A stretch of 59,535 bases of DNA, the filler included. It is 6 parts of 6 records of this genome, joined end to end, with 100 filler letters (N's around TTAATTAATTAA, not from the genome) between each part and the next. Parts side by side here need not be neighbours in the genome. Positions count along the whole stretch, not along the records: positions 1 to 6,363 come from SRR2962707_4534; positions 6,464 to 21,383 come from SRR2962707_4535; 4 more parts are not named here. One strand, 5' to 3'. Below are positions 1 to 7,904 of this stretch, one piece after another (position 1 is the first letter of the stretch; each line of letters opens with the position of its first letter). The notes beneath the pieces were generated by a model that saw nothing but the letters and a program-made list of their open reading frames with translations, had not been told where the DNA came from and ran no database searches. Both the position numbers and the translations under genes were made by a program.

Positions 1-1
1 T

Positions 2-265
2 CTGCGCCACGACATGCACGTCAATATCGTCACCCTTGAGCCCGGCGCGGTCATTCCGTTCGAGGAAACCCATGTCATGGAGCACGGCCTCTATGTCCTC
101 GAAGGCAAGGCCGTCTATCGCCTCAACCGCGATTGGGTGGAAGTTGAAGCCGGCGACTTCATGTGGCTGCGCGCCTTTTGTCCCCAGGCCTGCTATGCCG
201 GGCCGGAGCGCTTCCGCTACCTGCTCTACAAGGACGTCAACCGGCATATGAAGCTGGGCCTTTAG
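2..265 (+). CDS. allE: (S)-ureidoglycine aminohydrolase (cupin), 5'-truncated
   Basis: The frame is open from the window edge (LRHDMHVNIVT..). Cupin motifs ETHVMEHGLYVLEG and LLYKDVNRH are present. It lies directly upstream of ureidoglycolate lyase. Confidence 0.88.
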   Translation: MRHDMHVNIVTLEPGAVIPFEETHVMEHGLYVLEGKAVYRLNRDWVEVEAGDFMWLRAFCPQACYAGPERFRYLLYKDVNRHMKLGL

Positions 266-268
266 ACC

Positions 269-784
269 ATGAGCACCATTCTGATCGAACCGCTCACCGC
301 CGAGAGTTTTGCCCCCTTTGGTCAGGTCATCGAACTTGATGGTGCCGAGCACTATCCCATCAATAACGGCATGACCGAGCGCTACCACGACCTGGCAGAA
401 GTCGAGCTTGGTGGCGTCCGGCCCCGCCCGCTCATCTCGATCTTTCGCGGCAAGCCCTATGACCTGCCCCTGACACTGCGCATGGTCGAACGCCACCCGT
501 TGGGCAGTCAGGCCTTCTATCCGCTGGGTGACAAACCGTTTCTGGTCATTGTCGCCGGCGATCTGTCGGGCACGCCCGATATGCCACGCGCTTTCATCAC
601 CCGGCCCGGCCAGGGCGTCAATATCGCCATGAACACCTGGCACGGCGTGCTCACGCCCCTCGAGCAGGCAGCCGATTTCCTGGTGGTTGATCGTGGTGGC
701 GACGGCAATAATCTTCAGGAACACCATTTCGATGTCCCCCATCTGGTGCGCCATCCCCAAGCCAATGAACGGCCAAAGCCATGA
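269..784 (+). CDS. allA: Ureidoglycolate lyase
   Basis: Motifs PLTAESFAPFG, ERHPLGSQAF, WHGVL and FLVVDR; allantoin operon context. Confidence 0.92.
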   Translation: MSTILIEPLTAESFAPFGQVIELDGAEHYPINNGMTERYHDLAEVELGGVRPRPLISIFRGKPYDLPLTLRMVERHPLGSQAFYPLGDKPFLVIVAGDLSGTPDMPRAFITRPGQGVNIAMNTWHGVLTPLEQAADFLVVDRGGDGNNLQEHHFDVPHLVRHPQANERPKP

Positions 785-1404
785 CCACCGCTGCCCTTGT
801 CGACCGCCTGCTCGACATCATCGAACGCGACATCGCCCCACTCACCCGGCAGGCTGTTACCCATGGCAACAAGCTGTTCGGCGCGGCCATCCTGCGCAAA
901 TCCGATCTTTCGGTGGTCATCGCCGAGACCAATAACGAGATCGAAAACCCGCTCTGGCATGGCGAAATGCACGCCATCAAGCGCTTCTTCGAACTGCCCG
1001 AGGACCAGCGCCCCGACGTCAAGGACTGCATCTTCCTGGCCACCCATGAGCCCTGCTCGCTCTGCCTGTCGGGCATTACCTGGTCGGGCTTCGACAATTT
1101 CTATTATCTGTTCAGCTACCAGGACACGCGCGACAGCTTCGCCATTCCCCACGACATCGCCATCCTCAAGGCGGTCTATGCCGTTCCCGAGCCGGAAACC
1201 GGCACCGTCTCGCCCGACCGTCCGCTCTACAACCGCGCCAATCACTATTGGACCAGCCACAGCATCGCCCAGCTGATCGCCGGGCTTGATCGCGATCATC
1301 GCGAAGCGCTGGTGGGACGGTTCGACGACATCAGCGCGCTTTATGGCGAACTGTCGGCGATCTATCAGAAGGACAAGGGTGCCAGCGGCATTCCGCTGGC
1401 CTGA
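781..1404 (+). CDS. Zn-dependent nucleoside/nucleobase deaminase (cytidine deaminase fold)
   Basis: HGE and PCSLC zinc motifs, FGAAIL strand; ATGA overlap with allA. Confidence 0.85.
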   Translation: MTTAALVDRLLDIIERDIAPLTRQAVTHGNKLFGAAILRKSDLSVVIAETNNEIENPLWHGEMHAIKRFFELPEDQRPDVKDCIFLATHEPCSLCLSGITWSGFDNFYYLFSYQDTRDSFAIPHDIAILKAVYAVPEPETGTVSPDRPLYNRANHYWTSHSIAQLIAGLDRDHREALVGRFDDISALYGELSAIYQKDKGASGIPLA

Positions 1405-1408
1405 TCAC

Positions 1409-1561
1409 TCAGGGCTGCGTGGACAGCTCAGGCATGAACTCGCTGCGCGGCGCATCGGCAAAGGATGCGGCGAACGTCAGCAGGCTCAGCGCCAGCGCAA
1501 ACATCACGGTCAGACCGATCTGGGACATCTTGTTCAATCCGGTTACAGGCAGAATTGGCAT
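1409..1561 (-). CDS. Small 50-aa membrane/secreted protein (not in the ORF track)
   Basis: Translates to MPILPVTGLNKMSQIGLTVMFALALSLLTFAASFADAPRSEFMPELSTQP*. GAGG lies ~11 nt upstream, codon usage is high-GC3, and a hydrophobic helix ends in ASFA. Alternative start at 1528. Confidence 0.55.
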   Translation of the reverse strand: MPILPVTGLNKMSQIGLTVMFALALSLLTFAASFADAPRSEFMPELSTQP

Positions 1562-1679
1562 TGCAGTCTGGCCTCATGGTACCGTCGGCTATTGAACGCG
1601 GTACCAATGCGTCATTCAGATCGCGTTCAGAACAGTCCATTGTGCATGACTGCCATGTGAGCCTGGCGCCGCCTTATCG

Positions 1680-1704
1680 CGAACCAAATGCTCACCTATG
1701 CGTT
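1680..1704 (+). promoter_or_regulatory. EcfG (sigma-T/RpoE2)-type general stress promoter of otsBA
   Basis: CGAAC-N16-CGTT, 33 nt upstream of the otsB ATG; one mismatch to the alphaproteobacterial GGAAC-N16-CGTT consensus. Confidence 0.65.
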
Positions 1705-1737
1705 ACCGTAGCGAATACGTCCCAATGAGGCCCATCA

Positions 1738-2514
1738 ATGCCGCAGACAGACACCACCGACGCCACAACTGCCCCGCAGCTGGCCATTTTCACCGATTTT
1801 GACGGCACGCTCGTCGAATTGGCGGAAACTCCTGATGGCATTGATGTGCCTGAATCCCTGGCTCATCAGATCGAGCAGACCGCCCGCGAGATGAACAGCG
1901 CTTTCGCGGTGCTCACCGGCCGCGAGATCGCCGATATCGACAAATTCCTCTCACCGCTGATTCTGCCGATCGCTGGTGCGCATGGCACCCAGCGCCGTCG
2001 GGCCGATGGCGTGGTTGAAGAGATTGACCCCGCGTCGCTTTCTGGCGCCGAGGCGATCGCCCGCGCCATCGAGCCACTGGTCCAGGCCCATCCAGATCTC
2101 ATCATGGAAACCAAGGAAGGCGCGGTCGCGCTGCATTTCCGACAGGCGCCCGAGCTCGAAGATGTCGTCCGCCACGCCATGCAGGACGCCGTCGCCGAGA
2201 ATGAACACTTCACCCTGGTACCCGGCAAGATGGTGCTTGAAGCCCGCCCGCGCGGCGTCTCCAAGGGCGAGGCGCTGCGCGCCTTCATGCGCGAGGAACC
2301 CTTTATCGGCCGCACGCCCATCTTCATCGGCGACGACGTGACCGACGAGGATGGCTTCATCGCCGCTCAGGACCTGGGTGGCGTAGGCATCAAGCTGGGC
2401 GATGGGGACACCGCAGCCCGTATGCGCATTGCCGATGTGGTTTCGGTCCGCGCCCTGCTGCAGGGACTGGGCGACATCGCCGCACGCGACCGCGAGTTTT
2501 CACCCAAACACTGA
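1738..2514 (+). CDS. otsB: Trehalose-6-phosphate phosphatase
   Basis: HAD motifs DFDGTL, TGR, SKG and GDDVTDEDGF; upstream of otsA. Confidence 0.95.
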   Translation: MPQTDTTDATTAPQLAIFTDFDGTLVELAETPDGIDVPESLAHQIEQTAREMNSAFAVLTGREIADIDKFLSPLILPIAGAHGTQRRRADGVVEEIDPASLSGAEAIARAIEPLVQAHPDLIMETKEGAVALHFRQAPELEDVVRHAMQDAVAENEHFTLVPGKMVLEARPRGVSKGEALRAFMREEPFIGRTPIFIGDDVTDEDGFIAAQDLGGVGIKLGDGDTAARMRIADVVSVRALLQGLGDIAARDREFSPKH

Positions 2515-2542
2515 ACGACTGAACGACGCCTGGGGGCACTGC

Positions 2543-3958
2543 ATGAGTAGACTGATCGTTGTTTCGAACCGTACACCTGGCAAGGGCCCGGCGGCCGGCG
2601 GCTTGGCCGTGGCCCTGCGCAAGACCCTGGCCGAACGCGAAGGTTTCTGGTTCGGATGGTCAGGCAAGCTCGTGGACGCCCCCTCCACCGAAGCGCGCTT
2701 TGAAGACATCGATGGCCTCTCCGTCGCCCAGATTGATCTCACCCGCTCCGATCACCACGCCTATTATGCCGGCTTTTCCAATTCGATCCTCTGGCCCAGC
2801 TTCCATCTGCGGCTCGATCTGGCGACCATTGAAGGCCATTGGTATGAAGGCTATCGCGCGGTCAATCAGCAGTTCGCCCGCGCCCTGCTACCCCTGCTCA
2901 AACCCGATGACATCATCTGGGTGCACGACTATCACCTGATCCCGCTGGCCAGCGAATTGCGCAATCTGGGCGCGCGCAACCGGATCGGCTTTTATCTGCA
3001 CATTCCTTTCCCCACCACGGATGCGCTCTACGCCATCCCGCACCATAATGAGCTGATGCGCGACCTGTCGCGCTACGATCTGGTGGGCATGCAGGCCAAT
3101 CGCGACGTCTCGGCATTCACCGAGTTTGCCGATCACCAGTCGCCTTCCTCGATCTCCGGCAATCCGCTCAAATCGGTCGACTTCACCCGCAGTGAAACCG
3201 GCGCCTTCCCCATTGGCTCCGACCCCGACGCCTTTGCCAAAATGGCCGTCAGCCCAGCCGCGACCAAGATGATCCGCCGCGTCGAACGCGTACTGCCCGA
3301 CCAGCGCCTGATCCTGGGTGTTGATCGCCTCGATTATTCCAAGGGACTGCCGCAACGCGTCGAAGCCTATGAGAAGCTGCTCTCCAACGACGCCCATTTC
3401 CGCCGCTCTGTCCACATGATGCAGATTGCGCCGCCATCGCGCGACAGCATCAAGGAATATCAGGAAACCAGTGACGCGCTCGACGCCATTTGCGGTCGCG
3501 TCATGGGCCGTTTTGCCGAGCCCGACTGGTCCCCGCTCACCTATGTCAAACGTGCCTATGGCCAACCCAGCCTGGCCGGGCTCTATCGCCTTGCCCGCGT
3601 TGGACTTGTGACCCCGCTGCGCGACGGCATGAATCTGGTGGCCCACGAATTTGTCGCCTCGCAGGACCCTGAAAACCCCGGCGTGCTGATCCTGTCGCGC
3701 TTTGCCGGTGCCGCCGAAATCTTCGACGACGCCATTCTGGTCAACCCGTTCGATACCGACGAGACCGCCGAGGCCCTGCGCATGGCGCTCGACATGCCGC
3801 TCAAGGAACGTATCGCGCGCTGGGAAACCCTGATGGCCGCCGCCCACAAGCACAGCGTCGACAACTGGTCGCACAGCTTCCTCGAACGCCTGACCCCCTC
3901 CGATGAACGGCTCAGCTCGGCCACACGGGACATTCTCTACGTGTCCTCGGTCGCCTGA
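2543..3958 (+). CDS. otsA: Trehalose-6-phosphate synthase (GT20)
   Basis: Likely start MSRLIVVSNR at 2543. Motifs AAGGLA, WVHDYHL, GVDRLDYSKG and DGMNLVA. Confidence 0.96.
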   Translation: MSRLIVVSNRTPGKGPAAGGLAVALRKTLAEREGFWFGWSGKLVDAPSTEARFEDIDGLSVAQIDLTRSDHHAYYAGFSNSILWPSFHLRLDLATIEGHWYEGYRAVNQQFARALLPLLKPDDIIWVHDYHLIPLASELRNLGARNRIGFYLHIPFPTTDALYAIPHHNELMRDLSRYDLVGMQANRDVSAFTEFADHQSPSSISGNPLKSVDFTRSETGAFPIGSDPDAFAKMAVSPAATKMIRRVERVLPDQRLILGVDRLDYSKGLPQRVEAYEKLLSNDAHFRRSVHMMQIAPPSRDSIKEYQETSDALDAICGRVMGRFAEPDWSPLTYVKRAYGQPSLAGLYRLARVGLVTPLRDGMNLVAHEFVASQDPENPGVLILSRFAGAAEIFDDAILVNPFDTDETAEALRMALDMPLKERIARWETLMAAAHKHSVDNWSHSFLERLTPSDERLSSATRDILYVSSVA

Positions 3959-3990
3959 CCTTGCCAAATGGTCATTCAGATCACGGCCTT

Positions 3991-4013
3991 GTAACGCCCC
4001 ATCGGGGCGCTAC
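3991..4013. terminator. Stem-loop downstream of otsA
   Basis: gtaacgcccc-atc-ggggcgctac: 10-bp stem with one mismatch and no clear U-tract. Confidence 0.4.
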
Positions 4014-4248
4014 GGGGTTATGCAAGGTTCAGCAATGTCGGCAAGCCGAACGCTCGGCGCGCCCGCACGAGGACTTGCAATGGTCGTGGGGACTGATCCA
4101 CCGCCAGCACTGCAGTCGGATTTTCACTTGGTGGCAGCAATCGCGCCCCGGCAACCGGCGACAGCGTCCGTCGGCCTGCGCCAGCAGCGCCGCCGCCATG
4201 ACACCGACGATCAAAAATTATCTGAAAACGTCCGCCAGACGGCACATG

Positions 4249-4277
4249 AAAAAAGGCAGCGTCAACGCTGCCTTTTT
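4249..4277 (-). terminator. Rho-independent terminator, potentially bidirectional
   Basis: aaaaaggcagcgt-ca-acgctgccttttt, just downstream of the 4285 stop. Confidence 0.85.
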
Positions 4278-4284
4278 GCCGTGA

Positions 4285-5169
4285 TCAGGTCACCCAGGGA
4301 CTGCCCGAGGCGGCCAGCAAGGTGACGAACAAGGCATTGATCGGCGTTGCGATGCCGTGCTTTTTGCCTAGCCGCACAATCACGCCGTTACGGGCATCAA
4401 GCTCCATCTGCCGCCCGGCAAAGCGATCTACCGACATCGAATTGCCCGCGCCTTCAGGCGCGTTGCGGGCGCCCTCGATAACGCCTTCAATCAGACTGTC
4501 GGGGATCACCGCGCCCTCGGCCCGCGCCACCGCAGCGCACTCGCTGACCAGCCCGCGCACCAGCACTTCAAGATCATCTTTCCACACCGGCCCGGTCGAG
4601 CTCTGTGTCAGCGCCGTCACCGCGCCTGCACAGTTCAGGCAAAGCTTGCCCCAAGCGCGCGAATTCCAGTCCGCCACTGCCGAGACATCAATTTTGGTTT
4701 CAGCAAACAGCGCGACGAAGTCAGCACCATCGTCACCCTCGGGCACCACGATGCTGCCCAGGCGCTGCTGGATCATGCGGCCGGGCGCGGAACGGCTGGC
4801 CGGAATATCCACCACCGCCGGTACGATGGCCTGTCCCGGCAGCAGCGCGGCAAACCGGCTCACATGCTCAACCCCGTTCTGCAGCACTGCCACCCGCGTG
4901 CCCGGCCCCACCAGGGCGTCGAGCCAGACCTTGGCTGCCGCCACATCATAGGTCTTTGTCAGCACCAGCACCCAGTCAACCGGTTGCGCCAGCGCCGGAT
5001 CGATCAGCACCTGGGGCGCTGCATTCAACGTACCCACCGGCGTCTCCACCCGCAGATCGACCAGCGGCGTGTGCGCGCACACGATCACCTCATGCGCCGC
5101 ATTCTGGCAGAGCCAGCCCGTGATCGTGCCGCCCAGCGCACCCGGGCCAATAATTGCGATTTTTGTCAT
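4285..5169 (-). CDS. 2-dehydropantoate 2-reductase (ApbA/PanE family)
   Basis: Motifs IAIIGPGALG, TKTYD, LQNGVE, WGKLCLN, SM and ELDARNG. Confidence 0.88.
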   Translation of the reverse strand: MTKIAIIGPGALGGTITGWLCQNAAHEVIVCAHTPLVDLRVETPVGTLNAAPQVLIDPALAQPVDWVLVLTKTYDVAAAKVWLDALVGPGTRVAVLQNGVEHVSRFAALLPGQAIVPAVVDIPASRSAPGRMIQQRLGSIVVPEGDDGADFVALFAETKIDVSAVADWNSRAWGKLCLNCAGAVTALTQSSTGPVWKDDLEVLVRGLVSECAAVARAEGAVIPDSLIEGVIEGARNAPEGAGNSMSVDRFAGRQMELDARNGVIVRLGKKHGIATPINALFVTLLAASGSPWVT

Positions 5170-5183
5170 CCGTCCCTCCCGAC

Positions 5184-5214
5184 AAAGAAAAAGGGCGGCC
5201 AGAGGCCGCCCTTT
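5184..5214 (-). terminator. Rho-independent terminator of the helicase gene
   Basis: aaagggcggcc-aga-ggccgcccttt, with a T-rich tail on the minus strand. Confidence 0.8.
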
Positions 5215-5231
5215 GTCAATTGCTGCAGTGC

Positions 5232-6363
5232 TTAGCCGTTGCTACGGCTCACGCGACCTGCGTCCTTCTGTGACTTGCCCCAGCGCTGCTTGGGCTTGCC
5301 GCCGACGGGCTTTGCACCCATTGGCTTGCCCGTTTCCATGTCGCGGCGAACGCCACGGCCCGGCTGGGCGTGATCCGGGCGCGTACGCGCCACATCACCA
5401 CCGCGCGAACGCTGGCCTTCACCAACTGGACGCGAACGCTGGCCTTCACCCGCTGGACGGGTGCGCTGCCCCTCGGCAGCCGGACGGCTGCGCGGGGTAT
5501 CGCTTGGCTGACGGTGCGGCTGGGCCTGGCCACCGCCTTCTTTGCCGAACTCGGCAAAAGGACGACGCTCGGCTGGCGAACGACGATCACCCGGCGCCTT
5601 GCGCGGGTTCTTGTTCGAACGCGGACCCGGACGGCCACCCGAAGGCTTCTTGTAGGCAGAGCGCGGTGCTTCCACCACGCCGGTGTCATTGGCCAGATGC
5701 AGATCGCCGGTATAGGGCAATGTGCGGCGGATCAGGCGCTCGACATCGCGCAGCTTGCCGCGCTCGGTGCCATCGCACAGGGTGATCGCCTGACCCGATG
5801 CGCCGTTACGGCCAGTACGGCCAATACGGTGCACATAGTTTTCCGGATCGTCTGGCAGTTCGTAATTCACCACATGGGTGATGCCGGGAACGTCAATGCC
5901 GCGGGCCGCGATATCGGTCGCCACCAGAATACGCACATCGCCGCTGGAAAAGCCCTTCAGGGCTGCCTGGCGGGCGTTCTGGCTCTTATTGCCGTGGATC
6001 GCTGCAGCCTTGTGGCCGTCAATCTCGAGGTTCTTGGCAACCCGGTCGGCACCATGCTTGGTGCGCGAGAAGATGATCACGCGCTCCATGGCTTCTTCTT
6101 CGTTGGCCAGCAACTCATTGAGCACGCCACGCTTGGCCTTGGAGCCCGACAGGATCACGCGCTGGTCAATCTTGACCACGGTGGAACCGGCAACCGAAGC
6201 ATCAACGCGAACGGGCTCGTTCAGCAGTGACTTGGCCAGATCGGCCACTTCAGGGGCCATGGTGGCCGAGAACATCATGGTGTGGCGGCGATGGCCGATA
6301 GCCTTGGCGACGGCGCGCACAGGAGCGATAAAGCCCATGTCGAGCATCCGGTCGGCTTCGTCG
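5232..6363 (-). CDS. DEAD-box RNA helicase (RhlE-like), 5'-truncated
   Basis: DEADRMLDMGF at the contig end, then SAT, ARGID and HRIGRTGR motifs, and a basic low-complexity C-terminal tail. Confidence 0.93.
5404..5484 (-). repeat. Coding tandem repeat, 3 x 27 nt (RPxxEGQR[ST])
   Basis: cgcgaacgctggccttcacc occurs at 5404 and 5431, with a degenerate third copy at 5458. Confidence 0.85.
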
Positions 6364-6463
6364 NNNNNNNNNNNNNNNNNNNNNNNNNNNNNNNNNNNNN
6401 NNNNNNNTTAATTAATTAANNNNNNNNNNNNNNNNNNNNNNNNNNNNNNNNNNNNNNNNNNNN
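6364..6463. other. Artificial contig spacer
   Basis: N44-TTAATTAATTAA-N44, giving stops in all six frames. Confidence 0.99.
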
Positions 6464-6464
6464 C

Positions 6465-6878
6465 ACCGGCCGGGTCGATGACGTGATCAACGTATCGGGC
6501 CACCGCATGGGCACAGCTGAGGTCGAGTCGGCACTGGTCGCCCACGAAAAGGTCGCAGAGGCAGCCGTGGTCGGCTACCCGCACGAGATCAAGGGCCAGG
6601 GCATCTATTGCTATGTCACCCTGATGAACGGTGTCGAACCTACAGACGAGCTAAAGAAAGAACTGCGCGGCTGGGTCCGCGAGGAAATTGGCCCAATCGC
6701 ATCCCCCGACATGGTCCAATGGGCCCCCGGTCTGCCCAAGACCCGGTCTGGCAAGATCATGCGCCGCATCCTGCGCAAGATTGCCGAAAACGACTATGGC
6801 GCGCTTGGGGATATCTCGACCCTTGCTGACCCGGATGTTGTCGACAACCTTATCGAAAACAGAATGAATCGGAAGTGA
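6465..6878 (+). CDS. acs: Acetyl-CoA synthetase, C-terminal fragment
   Basis: [22 protein letters not shown] and [16 protein letters not shown]. Confidence 0.95.
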   Translation, partial: TGRVDDVINVSGHRMGTAEVESALVAHEKVAEAAVVGYPHEIKGQGIYCYVTLMNGVEPTDELKKELRGWVREEIGPIASPDMVQWAPGLPKTRSGKIMRRILRKIAENDYGALGDISTLADPDVVDNLIENRMNRK

Positions 6879-6883
6879 CCACG

Positions 6884-7570
6884 ATGGATGGTACAATGAC
6901 ACCTGTAAGCGCCCCGGTTCTGATCCTGCTTGGCCCCCCCGGGGCAGGCAAAGGCACGCAGGCCCGCATGTTAGAAGAGAAATTCGGGCTGCTCCAGCTC
7001 TCGACCGGCGATCTTCTGCGCGCCGCCGTCAAGCAAGGCACAGAGGCCGGCAAACAGGCAAAGTCCGTGATGGATGCAGGCGGGTTGGTTAATGACGATA
7101 TAGTCATCGCCATCCTACGCGACCGGCTCGATTCGCCCGACACCGCGCAGGGCGTCATTCTCGACGGTTTTCCGCGCACCACGGCGCAGGCCGAGGCATT
7201 GGATCTTCTGCTCGCCGAACGCGAGCAGAAGATCCACGCGGCCATCAGCCTTGAAGTGGACGATGCGGAAATGGTGACGCGCATATCAGGTCGATACACT
7301 TGCGCGGAATGTGGCGAAGGATATCACGACCGTTTCAAGATCCCTGAAAAATCCGGCGTCTGCGATTGTTGCGGTGGCACGAACATGACGCGGCGTGCCG
7401 ATGACACCGCCGAAACCGTGGGTAGCCGGTTACAGACCTATCATGCGCAGACCGCCCCCCTGACACGGTACTATCAGGATAAGGGCGCGTTACACCCCAT
7501 CCCTGCCATGGACGGAATCGACGATGTCGCAGCACGACTGCACGCCATCGTGGACGCCACCCGGGCCTAA
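6884..7570 (+). CDS. adk: Adenylate kinase (Zn-lid type), acs-linked
   Basis: GPPGAGKGTQA, STGDLLR and LDGFPRT; lid CxxC...CxxC; RADD. Confidence 0.95.
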   Translation: MDGTMTPVSAPVLILLGPPGAGKGTQARMLEEKFGLLQLSTGDLLRAAVKQGTEAGKQAKSVMDAGGLVNDDIVIAILRDRLDSPDTAQGVILDGFPRTTAQAEALDLLLAEREQKIHAAISLEVDDAEMVTRISGRYTCAECGEGYHDRFKIPEKSGVCDCCGGTNMTRRADDTAETVGSRLQTYHAQTAPLTRYYQDKGALHPIPAMDGIDDVAARLHAIVDATRA

Positions 7571-7904
7571 TATCAATGCGCACACCCTGAAACCTTTGGG
7601 GCGCTGCGCCATCAAAAGCCAATTGAAAAATCGAACTATCCTGCGAAAGGTGCCCGGGCCATCCACAGATCCGGGACGGCAAAGCCAATTCTCTGACAAA
7701 TTTAACCTTTGCATTGCATCGGGCATGGACGTTGCGCCACAAAATGCGCAGATTTGTACAAAGGATGACACACGCTGAACGGCAAAGCATCCGTAGGAAG
7801 AGAATTGACATGCTTGCGCACCGGTCGGGATCGCCGCTCAAAGATGACAGAAAATCCGCTTTTATTTTCTGGGTATTGCCTTTGATTACAAAGAGGTTCT
7901 AGCA

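Noticed and set aside
3961-4245. Short ORFs between otsA and the panE-like gene
   Set aside because: No consistent frame, RBS or family motif on either strand; it could be a decayed fragment but cannot be supported.
6364-6463. TTAATTAATTAA within N-runs (five copies) as a biological repeat or CtrA site
   Set aside because: Identical 100-nt construct at every junction, with genes truncated on both sides; it is an assembly concatenation linker.
7571-7904. Possible c-di-GMP-I riboswitch (gggacggcaaagcc) or small ORF between adk and the pseudo-nuclease
   Set aside because: The upstream GCAAAC-stem-GNRA element and downstream P3 features are not evident, and the ORFs here lack RBS or recognisable motifs. 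An Rfam/Infernal scan would settle it.
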